Below, in pieces: positions 51,501 through 61,376 of a DNA stretch of 64,000 bases. Position 1 is the stretch's first letter; every line of letters begins with the position of its first letter. The translations under genes and the position numbers were made by a program. Location of the stretch: NCBI RefSeq assembly GCF_037042905.1, contig NC_087246.1, positions 64,046,001-64,110,000 on the forward strand, given 5' to 3'. Source of the stretch: Lytechinus pictus. Its lineage: Eukaryota. The notes under the pieces are model-generated. The model was not told where the DNA came from, searched no databases, and saw only the letters and a program-made list of their open reading frames with translations.

Positions 51501-53124
51501 GATATATTATTTTCATGCCTTGAGCAGACCTGCCAACTAGTACTTCAGTAATTTCTATTTAAATAGGAGAAGAATAATGATTATCACTAGCAAACTACTG
51601 ATTTCAGAAATTAGTGTCTGTGATATAATATACTACACTTCTGAGAATTACTGATTTTCATCCATCAAAGTACTGACAGGCTTTTACAAAATTTGGCAGC
51701 TGTACTTGAGCATGAAAAGGTAAAAATGAACAATTTGAAGTAACACACACAGACACCAAAAAACCAACATGAATTAAATAAATCAAGCCACCAATCATGC
51801 CGATTGGTAAATTAAGCACACACAGAATTAATAAAATACAGAGCCTGAAGTTTTTTGCAAAGTCAGGTTGCATTACAATACAATGACACAAGTGTGAGAT
51901 TCCTTAGCCTTCTGGGTGGATGTAGACATATGATAATGTGAATATGAACATTCACAATTATTGTCACATCAAATTGTCAAGAAGTTAGCTCACAAAATGA
52001 ATTTCTTTTACCCTAAAAGGCACAAATGAAGTGATGCCTGGTGATGCATTTTATTATTTTCACAGGGCTTGTGGTTCAAACCTTGTTGGTTCCAGGCTGT
52101 TATGAACACATTTGAAGATACATAGGTCAGACAGTATCTATAGATTTTGAGATATGCAACTCTATCAATATTTTACAGTGATTGTTCAAATGAAAACATT
52201 CATGGTAAAATTATTTTTTTTAATGTATTCTTCTTTTTACCTGTTCTCTTTTATTAAGTTTGGAAATGCACCTGACATTCCCCATTGTTGTGCAAAAACA
52301 TTTGCACATTTCTGTACTTTCCTTTACTATTGACTAATTTGTTTATGCTGTTTTAATTTTGATTGTGTATCCCATTTTTTTGTCAGACCAACGAGGCTTA
52401 TAAAATAATAATGCCTAGTACGAGAGATAAGATTACTAGTCAACAATTTTATGACAAGGCCAGAAACTTGGGTCTGCGAGAAGGTAAGCTAAATCTAATG
52501 GCATCACTGCTAGTATATATACATGTGTAAGTCTCTCTATTAGAAGATCCTTGTATGGATATTCCTTTCAACATTTTTTAGTGATATAAAGGCTCTATGA
52601 CAGGCAAAGGATGTTGACTCCTATTAATGTGTACTAATTTTCAATCACTTATTATTTAAAGTGATAAAAAATATTTTAATTATTTTTAAATGACCTAAGC
52701 CCCCCCCCCAAAAAAAAGTACAGTATTGTGAACAGAGAACTCTTCCTGGCAACTGGATAGATAATAAAAATAGTGTTGCATGTTTTCATACAGTGGACCA
52801 TTACATATTATATTTTAAGATATACATTTATACAACTTGAGATAGGAATGCTCAGTAGTTTTGTAACTTGCAAGGAAGATTATGAATAAGAAGATATGTT
52901 GAATGAAAGGTCAAAGTCAAAGGAATAAGATATTGTTCCCACATGTAGTAAATGTTGACTTCTGAGCAATATTTGGAAACCCCCTAATAAGTTTAATTCC
53001 TTCTTGATCAATTCTGTCTAAGTTAAAAGAGGTAAAAGTTAATCAAACTTACTTGAAAATAGAAATAATATATTCAAAATTGATGATAAGCACTTTGAAT
53101 TTGTCTTTTACAGAGATCTGGTGA
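24534..53124 (+). CDS. Spliced tyrosine recombinase (phage-integrase fold) with two C2H2-type zinc fingers, 16 exons, 913 aa
   Basis: Exons 24534-24584, 31406-31979, 32788-32838, 33866-33992, 34575-34717, 36740-37045, 38584-38734, 40161-40387, 42442-42513, 43598-43767, 48255-48524, 49188-49340, 49872-50096, 50880-50993, 52387-52483 and 53114-53124. They sum to 2742 nt, and all introns are GT-AG with matching phases. Catalytic motifs: GAPRSCVLTNMKVGE (R), HDHKT (K), STRSIRK (R), FMCHSVETAEHYY (H, Y). Confidence 0.85.
25745..26548 (+). mobile_element. Possible LTR (solo or from a truncated element) in YR intron 1
   Basis: Begins TGTCA and ends TGACA, with AATAAA ~95 nt before the end, followed by tttgg. 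No second LTR and no clean TSD seen. Confidence 0.35.
29563..29652 (+). other. tRNA-derived Pol III promoter cassette (A and B boxes) within a repeat; not an intact tRNA
   Basis: tggctcaatgg (A box) at 29570, ggttcgagtcc (B box) at 29614 and a T-run at 29643. The acceptor and anticodon stems do not pair well. Confidence 0.55.
31021..31241. mobile_element. Partial palindromic MITE with a CACTG-type end
   Basis: Inverted arms aacaccagc.cggaatctatatatgtccacaccagaga / tctctggtgtggacatatatagattccgggctggtgtt; right end tttttgcagtgtag. Confidence 0.65.
31406..31979 (+). CDS. YR exon 2, acidic region with three tandem repeats
   Basis: Pyrimidine tract plus cag acceptor. ELQRKESEESQQxAGQGIVPRDSDDD occurs three times. 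gtcagt donor. Confidence 0.8.
32788..32838 (+). CDS. YR exon 3 GTKRKQGQDGKKASKPA (basic, NLS-like)
   Basis: 51 nt, aag/gtaaac boundaries, phase 1-1. Confidence 0.7.
33866..33992 (+). CDS. YR exon 4, zinc finger 1 (CPLC...LARHLRRKH)
   Basis: cag/gtgagt boundaries; CxxC...HxxxxH. Confidence 0.85.
34575..34717 (+). CDS. YR exon 5, zinc finger 2 (CPLC...LSDHMKRKH)
   Basis: tag/gtact boundaries, phase 2 to 1. Not listed in the + ORF track because it has no start codon. Confidence 0.85.
35078..35769 (+). mobile_element. 5' part of a HINE-like element (same family as 12370-13316)
   Basis: tttttgtctcacctg... followed by tandem ggtcaaaggtca units; reverse complement of the 12370 copy. Confidence 0.75.
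36740..37045 (+). CDS. YR exon 6, Ser/Pro-rich linker (symmetric phase 1-1, skippable)
   Basis: cag/gtaagt boundaries, 306 nt open frame. Confidence 0.6.
37439..38245. mobile_element. Two adjacent TTAA-type MITEs sharing one TTAA (37818-37821)
   Basis: ttaa|agtgattgtttaac...gttaaaccatacct|ttaa|aggacaagtccacccc...; the second element is truncated. Confidence 0.65.
38250..38416 (+). mobile_element. 3' part of a HINE-like element
   Basis: ...gcactgctgctatattgaatcgcgtgatgcaggtgagacggccagagg.att.cacttgtt matches the reverse complement of 12370-12540. Confidence 0.75.
38584..38734 (+). CDS. YR exon 7, start of putative core-binding domain
   Basis: tag/gtata boundaries; SKDGIFERYLQFTSFYCKEKTAEQHKSQLEKI. 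Confidence 0.8.
39001..39632 (-). mobile_element. 3' end of a CR1/L2-clade LINE
   Basis: NTRQSARGDLVLPKCRTEYSKNALCYDGPSLYNNLPTEIRSQTSFASFK is a typical ORF2 C-terminus, followed by a 3' UTR and an (aaat)-type tail. Confidence 0.75.
40161..40387 (+). CDS. YR exon 8, putative core-binding (SAM-like) helices
   Basis: YQPKTVGKYLTSVAKLV resembles the P.T...YL.S motif of integrase core-binding domains. Confidence 0.85.
42442..42513 (+). CDS. YR exon 9 EELLSKEDLQMFYNTLYKQACDVK
   Basis: cag/gtttg boundaries. Resembles the L-S/T-x-E-E/D helix that opens YR catalytic domains. Confidence 0.8.
43598..43767 (+). CDS. YR exon 10, box I with catalytic Arg (codon 43690-43692)
   Basis: RDFLLLTAVLSGAPRSCVLTNMKVGE. 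Confidence 0.9.
44123..45390 (-). mobile_element. Frameshifted LINE ORF2 5' part (AP endonuclease), Rex1/Babar-like
   Basis: IANCRSLSNKFDEL...LLCFTETW, GGG.CVYINERWC, YLPREF, VLGDFN, TRGNRTLD and GNSDH motifs across three ORFs. Confidence 0.85.
46009..46227 (+). pseudogene. Decayed paralogous copy of YR exon 11
   Basis: HDHKTSSSFGRVEVI-DEQHFHYFKFYDELRKLTP...LVNAPYFLAH...LKPSSEFTEAWRAYGLQEGV, with a stop and indels and no good acceptor. Confidence 0.9.
46497..46638 (+). pseudogene. Second, internally deleted duplicate of the decayed exon-11 copy plus its upstream flank
   Basis: Near-identical to 45936-46056, then jumps to aagccaagctccgagttta (46169-46187). Confidence 0.85.
46645..48100 (-). 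mobile_element. Degraded CR1/L2-clade LINE fragment (AP endonuclease and linker)
   Basis: GFVIERKDRNRYGGGVA, IGIFYQPP, VLGDLN, GLSDH, RSFKKFD and AEKFNEFF motifs in broken frames. Confidence 0.8.
48255..48524 (+). CDS. YR exon 11, catalytic Lys and box II Arg
   Basis: VHDHKTSSSFGRAEIV...STRSIRKTVASA; cag/gtaagt boundaries. Confidence 0.9.
49188..49340 (+). CDS. YR exon 12, catalytic His and Tyr
   Basis: RKKVATFMCHSVETAEHYY; cag/gtatgt boundaries. Confidence 0.9.
49872..50096 (+). CDS. YR exon 13, disordered linker with KKRK
   Basis: NAGNAG acceptor, 225 nt, phase 0-0. Confidence 0.7.
50880..50993 (+). CDS. YR exon 14 PRSRFVLTSVELEDMKRTIM...
   Basis: cag/gtgagt boundaries, 114 nt. Confidence 0.75.
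52387..52483 (+). CDS. YR exon 15 TNEAYK...TSQQFYDKARNLGLRE
   Basis: cag/gtaagc boundaries, in frame with exon 14. Confidence 0.7.
53114..53124 (+). CDS. YR exon 16 coding end (E)IW*
   Basis: ttgtcttttacag acceptor and TGA at 53122-53124. It is short, so least certain. Confidence 0.5.
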
Positions 53125-53281
53125 AATGTGACAAGATCTGCCGCAAGTGTTGGAAGTCAATGAGCCCACATCAAGCATTACGTCTTACCCCCGTTTGGGA
53201 ACGGACCGCAGATCAGATTGCAAACTGCGGTATTTTACCCCATTTTGCATTTGAAAATCTAAAACATAATTTCCAAGCCCT

Positions 53282-53425
53282 GGGGGTCTTTTCATAAAGC
53301 TGTTCGTAAGTTAAGAGCGACTTTAACAACGACTGGTGATTATCGCTAATGGTTTGTACCATTTACCGCAAGACATGATCACTAATCGCTCTTAACTTAC
53401 GAACAGCTTTATGAAACATCCGCCT
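53282..53425. mobile_element. Short palindromic MITE
   Basis: ttcataaagctgttcgtaagttaagagcga / tcgctcttaacttacgaacagctttatgaa inverted arms. Confidence 0.7.
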
Positions 53426-53875
53426 GATCAACCCCGCTTGGCCAGGTAATCCCCACAGGCCAGATTATGAGCGTTGAGCCAAGAACGAAATGATAAACAA
53501 CAGCTGTGCTATTACGTAAGTCTTCTCTGCCTGTAGAAGGACCTTCGGAATTAAATAATTGTATTCGATATTTAATCACGTTTTCAAAGGCATATTGTAT
53601 TCAGAAAGTTAATGCTAGCCCATTTTCAATTTCGAACGAAGAAAATCAACCTTGAAATAAGGAAAGTAAGTGAATAAAAAATGGCGACATGTTTTCCAGG
53701 ACCGCACTCGGGCTGTTGTGTTATCTTCGGACCGAGGTAAAGAAATAGGTGTTTTGATACTTACATTGCATGCTTTGGGCAGTAGGGTTTTCGTACTTGA
53801 AGAGAATTCATTGAGAAAATCCGGGGTATAGTGTTATCAAAAGGAGGTTTTTCGTCATGAGTTTGAGAACATTGA

Positions 53876-54289
53876 GGCCCGAATTTTCAAAGGTGGTTTT
53901 GAAAACCCACGGTTGAGTCCATGGTTTATGCAGATTTCCTGTTTAAATTACGCTTAATTTAGCGCGTATTGGGCGTGTGTATAAAAAATGTTCAATGCTG
54001 ATGCGCGCATTTGTCACAATGCGCCAAATTGACGCCTGTTACCATGGTTAGATACGCTATTTTATTCATAAGTCCACTGTTTGAAGAGTGGACTCATGAA
54101 TAAAATAGCGTATCTAACCATGGTAACAGGCGTCAATTTGGCGCATTGTGACAAATGCGCGCATCAGCATTGAACATTTTTTATACACACGCCCAATACG
54201 CGCTAAATTAAGCATAATTTAAACAGGAAATCTGCATAAACCATGGACTCAACCGTGGGTTTTCAAAACCACCCTTGTGAATTCGGGCC
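53876..54289. mobile_element. Near-perfect ~414-bp foldback MITE with TGA target duplication (PIF/Harbinger-like)
   Basis: tga|ggcccgaatt...aattcgggcc|tga. The ~200-bp arms are almost perfectly complementary around a ~10-nt loop near 54078-54087. Confidence 0.9.
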
Positions 54290-55691
54290 TGAAGGTTACC
54301 GCCCTATAGAAGTATACTTAGTGTTTTGTACATAAAAACCTTTGATTATTGCAGTTCCTCTGATTGTTTTATTTCACAAACAAGTTATTTGGATTGTGAT
54401 TGCATCTGATTGATTTCAAATAGAAGATTTCCATTTCTGCATATTGCATTAATGAGTCACTGAGCATGAATGGTTAAATCCAAGCAAAATATTAATTTTC
54501 CCATATCCAAGATGATGATTAAATCATTGGGATGCCTTTATTTTGGTTTAGCTAGAGGTAAGGTTACCAGATTATTATTAGATACCAGTGGAACCTATTA
54601 CATGTAAAGCCAGAGGTGTCAAGGAATGATATGATCGTGTACTCTTATATTTGCTATTTTTCAGTTCTTTGAATACACGCTCGTATTTTCTGATGCTTAG
54701 AAGAAAAGTATACAATGCAAGGTATTATACCCATGAAAATGAGCATTTGATATACAGGTCAATTAAATGGACACCTTAAAATATTATGTGGCCATGCGTT
54801 TTGAGTGAGGCCCATTTCCATTACAACTCGAATTTTCCTCCAAAATCGCACTGTTTCATAAAATTGCATTTGTTTTCTTATGTATGACATCCTATACCCA
54901 TAAAAGTATATATATACTTGAAAGGAAATTATCTGAGGAATTCAAAAATGCAATCAGAAAAGGCATACGGTAATGACATAAAAAGTTTTAGGTTAAAATA
55001 TGTGGAAAACTGTGAAAAAAAAATACTTCCCAATAAATCTGAGAATCAGATAAACTCTACACCCTATAGGGAAATAACATGCATATTTCAACTCTTTAGA
55101 GTGAGACCTTTCCAGTGATATATAACTTGTTAGGGATAACTCTACCAAAATAATTGGGCACGATCATCTGTATCAATGTGTATCAATGCTTGATTTACCC
55201 CTAAAATATTATGTAGTCTTGCCTTTAGTTGCATAAATACACTTGCAAACACTAAGCAGTATATTATAATATATTTACTGTGGTTATTATGATATTATGA
55301 ATAAAAAATGATTTCATTTGACTCAAATCGTGGGATTTGTCACCTCTTGGCTCAAAGACCAATGGACCACAGGTTGACAAACTGAGAGTCAAGTTTAACA
55401 TATAAATACAGAAAAAATGTGAATGCACAATGAAAAGTTCTTATTACTGCTTTAGCTTATTCAAACTTAGTGTGAACATAAACAACTAACATGTTATAAA
55501 TAAATCTATACGCCTGGTAAAAATACTTTATGTTATTCTATAGTGTTATATTTTAAATATATCCTCTTAACATTCTGCAGGACATGGTCTCTTGGTACTG
55601 GGTCAATTGAATGTCAATGCACAAAACACATTGTATGGGTACAATTGCCTCTGTTTAGTGTGATCTTGTACCAGTTTCATTCTCAAGTAGT

Positions 55692-56081
55692 TTGTTTGAT
55701 AATTTGGAATAATATTTTCTGAACACTTTTGTGCCAGCCAAATATGTTTAATATACTGTTTCACAGACACAGTGTGATGTATCATTAAGAAAAAAGGTAA
55801 ATAGCATCAGATGAGGGCTTTATTGCTACAAACAAGTTTTCATTGATTAAAATTGCATTAAAAGGTGTGTTTGCTTTCTGTTATGTTGTTTGATAATTTG
55901 GAATAATATTTTCTGAACACTTTTGTGCCAGCCAAATATGTTTAATATACTGTTTCACAGACACAGTGTGATGTATCATTAAGAAAAAAGGTAAATAGCA
56001 TCAGATGAGGGCTTTATTGCTACAAACAAGTTTTCATTGATTAAAATTGCATTAAAAGGTGTGTTTGCTTTCTGTTATGTT
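55692..56081 (+). repeat. Exact tandem duplication, ~194-bp unit
   Basis: ttgtttgataatttggaataat...ttgctttctgttatgtt occurs twice head to tail. Confidence 0.9.
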
Positions 56082-58065
56082 ACCGGAATAATCTGAAGAT
56101 TCTGACACATCAAAGTTATCACTGTCAGTCTACGCTGTCAAAATTAAAACCATGAGGTCATAATTAACAATTGATTGATTTATCTCTGAAGTCTTTATTA
56201 GTTTGTGCTTTCTTTTTGAAATTTTTGCAGCTTCTAAATTTTATTGAAGGTGTAACCCACAACTATATTTTTCTCCTCATTTCCTATACATCAGTCACAA
56301 TTTCAATTGTGTTAATTTCATGATTTACATCAATTAATTATAGTAATTAGCTTGATTACGTATCCTTTAAACTTAAAAGTTCAAATTTGACCCACTTATG
56401 ATTGAAGAATAAGCCAGTGAGCTAATAATATATAGCTCTTACAATATTAAGATTCAACCTTAAAGGGTGCATGCCTGCTCCATGTCTCTGTAGAAATGTG
56501 AGTTCTAGTGAACTCCTATATGAAAGGCCATTAATTGTACTGTCTGATTTTTAAATAGTTATTAATAAAAGACCCATCTGCTAGATGTTAACAGATTCTG
56601 ATTCAGTGCTTGTCCCTCTGACTGTGTGACCTCCCTATCGAACCCACTTGTCCTAACCAGTGATGACACGACATTTGCTTCTGTGACACTTGCTCTGGGC
56701 TTTTTTTAGTCTAAGATAAAGGGTTAGGGTTACAATAGGGTTTTATGTTGGGCATAGTGTTAAATCCAGGGTTGAAGTTAGTTATTTGGTTAGTGTGAGG
56801 AATTTAAAGCGGAGCAATTGTCGCCAGAGTAAATGTCATGGAACCATCGTAATCGGCCCCATTTCCACACAAGCAGTACACATCTCCCCTCCCTCCCCCA
56901 TACATTATAAATGTAAATATTCTGGGAACTTGTGATGCAAATGTCACATTTCGCATCTCTTGCAGGCATGTTTGTGTGTGTGTGTGTTTTTCATGTGTGT
57001 GTGCATATTTGTTCTTAAGCTAAGGCCCGTATCACAGTGGTTAACGATTGATCCCTAATTTCAAAGAAACAATTCTGATTGATTTGATTTAGCAATTAAT
57101 CGCTAACATTTGTGTTACAGCGCCCAGGTCTAATAATGGAATAGGGATAATTAAAGTTGCCTTAAAGAGAAAGATAATCAGATGTCCAGTTTTTTTATCG
57201 CTTGTTTTAAGAAAAAAAATCCTATTGACTAAAAACTTTCTGTAGATTAACCATGTAACATGAAAACTTTCAAATCGTCATAAAGTCTACATCTCTTGTT
57301 TTAAAACATTTGTGAAATGATGGGCATTTCTGACTTTCAGTTGACAATTACGTCACTTTGGTGTGTAATTGAGATTGTTGTATGTTTGTGTGTTTAGGGG
57401 TCTTAGGGTATGTTTACACATGTGTTGATGCATACATGTTACTTCATGGCCGAATATTCCCGGGGGGATGGGGTATGTGTTTTTGATACATCCGCGTCCC
57501 TTACCTCATAAAAGTCACCTAACGAGGATTTTAGCAAGGGATAATTTTACACCCTATTCAGAGCGGCAAACTCTAAATCACACATTTTCACACCCTTAAA
57601 GAGGATTTCTAATCTAGTAATTTTTGGGGTATTCATTTTTATGGCATTTACAGCTTCCCAAAAGCCGACCCCAAAAGAAAAAAAAAGAAAAAAAGGCCAA
57701 ATAAAAATAATTGAGAAAAGGAACCTCTTTATATTCCTTAAAGTGTAAAAAATAACCAGGATAAAATAAAATCTTTGAAAAGATGAAAGTTTTGAAACAA
57801 TTTTCTTTGACTAGGTCTGGAATCAAACAGAAATTTGGCAAGGGGCGATTTTCCCCACTCAGGCAAAATTTTCCCGCATTCCAATCTCCCTCGCTATTTT
57901 ATATCCTTTTCGTCAATGACACACCCCCTCCCCTCCCAGGGTGAATATTTAAATGAAATACTGCACACATTCATTAAAAATACAAAAAGAAACATACTAT
58001 AGGGTAAATGTTTAATCCGGAGTATTAATCAAACAAAATGTACTTTAATGAACCCAACTAAAATT

Positions 58066-59042
58066 GTGTCCCATACTTCCATTCACAGTCGAAAATCTGG
58101 CACACACTTCCGTCCAAATGGTTTAACCATGGGGGCGCCCTTGTTCCCATTTTACATCCTTCAAAACTATCATCCAAACAAGGCATTTGGGGGAGAATTT
58201 GATCGAAATTTGTCATTAATTTCATAATATAGATTCTAAAGATGGAATTCAAATCATTTTATGACGAATTTTGTTTAACATTTGTCCACAAACTTAATCT
58301 GAAAAGGTGGCCCACACTTCCCTACCCATAGTTTTCGTGTACTTCAGTAAGCAAAAACCACAAAAAACAAAAAAATATTGCGACAAATTTAGAGAGTTTC
58401 AGAAACAAGTAGCGCTGATTCTGGAAGATATTTGATATATCTACCCCTTCCAACTAAATTCTCAACCCTCTAATATTAATTTTCGTTTTCTGAATGGGTT
58501 GAAATTTGTAAAATGTGGCCCACACTCCCTAAAATGTAATTTCAGGATTTTCCGTTTTTCTCATTAAAATTACGGTTTGGGTAGAAAAAAAGAATGTAGT
58601 ATTCAAGAGTAATGTATAAATTATCTGTTGAGCATTTTTTGAATTTTTCAAATCGAACAGAAAATAAAAATTGAAATCCAATTTGTAAGGCTGAATTACC
58701 ATTATCCGTTATTCTCTCTTTTCAATACTATATGGGGCAGGTCTTGTTAACGTCTTTCATATATAAGGGGAAAGTTTCTCAAACTGACGAAAAGAGGAGT
58801 AGCGAATTGGAATTCCGTGGAAGAATTAAGAATTTCAGTATTTGAGGCGATAAAGCATCAAATTTTGTTCAAAAATATAAAATTTCAAAGTTATACTGTG
58901 CAAAACAAACGAGTAATTTGCAATACCCACACTTCCACCCCGTGTACAAAACAAATGGGCGGATATAACGCGCGAGAATGGGAAGTTTTTCATGAGATTG
59001 TTATCATTTCTCAAAGTTAGCGTGTCCCATACTTCTTTTGCC
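58066..59042 (-). repeat. Right subterminal dispersed array of the GAAGTRTGGG motif (inverted relative to left end)
   Basis: tcccatacttcc ~58069, ggcacacacttcc ~58099, ggcccacacttcc ~58309, ggcccacactccc ~58517, cccacacttcc ~58926 and tcccatacttcttttgcc 59025-59042. Confidence 0.8.
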
Positions 59043-59276
59043 AGAGGGGGAGAGAGGGAGGGAGAGAGAGAGAAATAGAAGGGAAAGAGAGACATTTATT
59101 TCTAATCTCATTATAGAATATGATTACCTATTTTGGAAGCAATGAAGCATCAAGCATGTCATACTATGGTCTGGTAAGCACATGATAAAAAGGTCACCCA
59201 CTTATTCATGTTTTGATGAATTACACAGGTCAAAGCAAGGAAAATGACTTTTGATCTATACTGCATGATCATATTA

Positions 59277-59630
59277 CGGTGTTGAACACCGTGTTGGTGT
59301 CGAAGCAAAAACAAACATCAGTCACGGTGTTGAACATCGGTGTTGGTGTCAAAGCAAAAACAAACATCAGTCACAGCTTGGTGTCTAAGCAAAAACAAAC
59401 ATCAGTCACGGTGTTGGTGTCGAAGCAAAAACAAACATCAGTCACGGTGTTGAACACCGGTGTTGGTGTCAAAGCAAAAACAAAGATCAGTCACAGCTTG
59501 GTGTCAAAGCAAAAACAAACATCAATCACGGTGTTCAACACCGGTGTTGGAGTCGAAGCAAAAACAAACATCAGTCACGGTGTTCCAACACCGGTTTGGT
59601 GTCGAAGCATAAACAAACATCAGTCACAAC
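59277..59630 (+). repeat. Minisatellite of ggtgtc(g/a)aagcaaaaacaaacatcagtcac units
   Basis: About 8 variable-length units with an optional palindromic ggtgttgaacacc insert. Confidence 0.85.
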
Positions 59631-60784
59631 AGTAACACTGGAACTCATAAAAACTCTGTTGGCATTTGGTCAAAATATCTATATTGAGATTTTCGCTGAA
59701 AAATGGAAGTACGATAACTACTCAGTGCCAAGTGTTTTTTTTTTAATAACAGACTCGTTAACACCAATGCCGGCCCAGTTTGGTGCATGCCTGTGCTTGT
59801 TTAATCATGTACTTGGGAAGAGTTTGCCTATTTAGATGTGGGTATGAGTATTATAAGAAAGCAGAAAGTGCAACTTTATATTCCTTGGTGCAGCACACTT
59901 TCACCAAAAATATACAATTCAACACACTTTCTTTTTGTGGATACATCGGAGACCGTTTCATCAACATTTGTCGTCTGACAACTGTGCTTGATTATGATTG
60001 GCTGAGTAGCACTGGTCTGACTGTTACTATAGTAACAAGATGATTCACTTTTCAGTCCACTGGACAGCACCACTTTTGTAATGAATATTTATATGATTAA
60101 TTTGGAGCTAAATGATTCGGCATTAAGAGCAATGCTTCACTACCACATGTTTTGATTCAAAAAAATCTGATGATGTAGATGACAAAAAAGTCATTTATAT
60201 ATAAAAATATCAAATGTTTTACGACATAAATCTTCATGTACTTTATCAGTAGAATTGTATTCATTACAGGTGTGTTGGATTTCATTCATTGCACTGAGTC
60301 ATACTCTAATTAAATTTATAAATTAATAAAGCCTAGACATTTTTGATTTACAATTATTTTTGTATTGATAAAAGGTCAGATAGAGATAGGAAGGATTTGC
60401 GGCACTGCAATCTGTCCACATCGATTGAGAATATTTATTTAGAGATTTGATGTAAGTTGAGTTAAGAAGGAGGTCCTGGAATAACTACTTGATGAAAGAA
60501 GCAAAAGGTCAGACAGCCTTCCAAATCTTTAATATGAACAAAATTGAACAGCTGTCTCAACAGAAGAGTACTCAGAAAGAGCTACCTGCTTCAAGCCAAC
60601 AAGTCTTCATTCCTTCGAAGTGAATTTATTCTAGCTCGGGAGATAGAAAAGAAAAACAAAGCTTTTGGGGTATGTCACTGCCCAGCGTGGTACATTAAAT
60701 CCTGCTGTATCCACAAAAATCTTGGTCAGACCTCTGGCTCTGGGGTTACTATTTTTCAGTCACTTTGATGTTCCATCCTTTTAA

Positions 60785-61376
60785 AGGTCAAGTCCATCCC
60801 AATGAAAAGTTGACTTGAATAAAAAGAAAAAAAATCAAACAAGCATAACACTGAAAATTTCATCAAAATCGGGTGTAAAATAAAGTTATGAAATTTTAAA
60901 GTTTCGCTTATTTTTCACAAAACAGTTATATGCACAACTCAGTGATATGCAAATGAGGGAGTCGATGATATCCCTCACTATTTCTTTTGTTTTTTATTGT
61001 TTGAATTATACAATATTTCAATTTTTACAGATTCAGCAATAAGCACCCTTTTGTTTAAACCAAATTTTTTTACAAAAATAATAGTTACACATGATCACAG
61101 AGAAATAAAACTTCATTTCATATGACAATGAGGAGAAAATTAGAATATTTCATATTCCGTGTAATGAAATACAACATAAATAGTGAGTTGATGATGTCAT
61201 CAGTCTCCTAATTTGCATACTGACCAAGATGTGAATATAAGTATTTTATGAAATAAAGCAAAACTTTAAAATGTCATAACTTTATTATTTTAAATCTGAT
61301 TTTGATGAAATCTTCAGTGTCATGGTTGTTTGATTTTTCTCTTTTTATTTAAACCAACTTTATGTTAGGGTAGACT
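60785..61376. mobile_element. TTAA-type MITE, same family as 19704-20281
   Basis: ttaa|aggtcaagtccatccc... with the shared internal sequence. Confidence 0.8.

Larger units (their letters stand above)
24121..59048 (+). mobile_element. Giant (~34.9 kb) intron-rich tyrosine-recombinase DNA transposon, Crypton-like
   Basis: Encloses a complete spliced YR gene. The left end GGATTTTGTAGTATGGG (24125) and the reverse-complemented right end GGCAAAAGAAGTATGGG (59042) share spacing and core. The subterminal motif arrays are oppositely oriented. AGAGGG is directly repeated at 24121-24126 and 59043-59048, and joining the flanks restores one GA-rich tract. Confidence 0.75.

Noticed and set aside
52065-52124. 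Extra YR exon after tttcacag
   Set aside because: All three frames hit a stop within 60 nt, and exon 14 joins exon 15 in frame without it. A poison exon cannot be excluded but is unsupported.
24121-59048. Calling the element a Starship or a DIRS/Ngaro retrotransposon
   Set aside because: No cargo genes or DUF3435 similarity can be shown. No element-encoded RT/RNase H or split/inverted LTRs were found. The endonuclease fragments inside are broken antisense LINE insertions.
59277-59630. CRISPR-like regular repeats with a palindromic part
   Set aside because: No unique spacers, the units are contiguous variants of each other, no cas genes, and the context is eukaryotic. It is a minisatellite.
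60544-60768. Possible upstream WDR89 exon or separate gene
   Set aside because: No WD40 or other recognisable motif noticed on either strand and no convincing splice pair.
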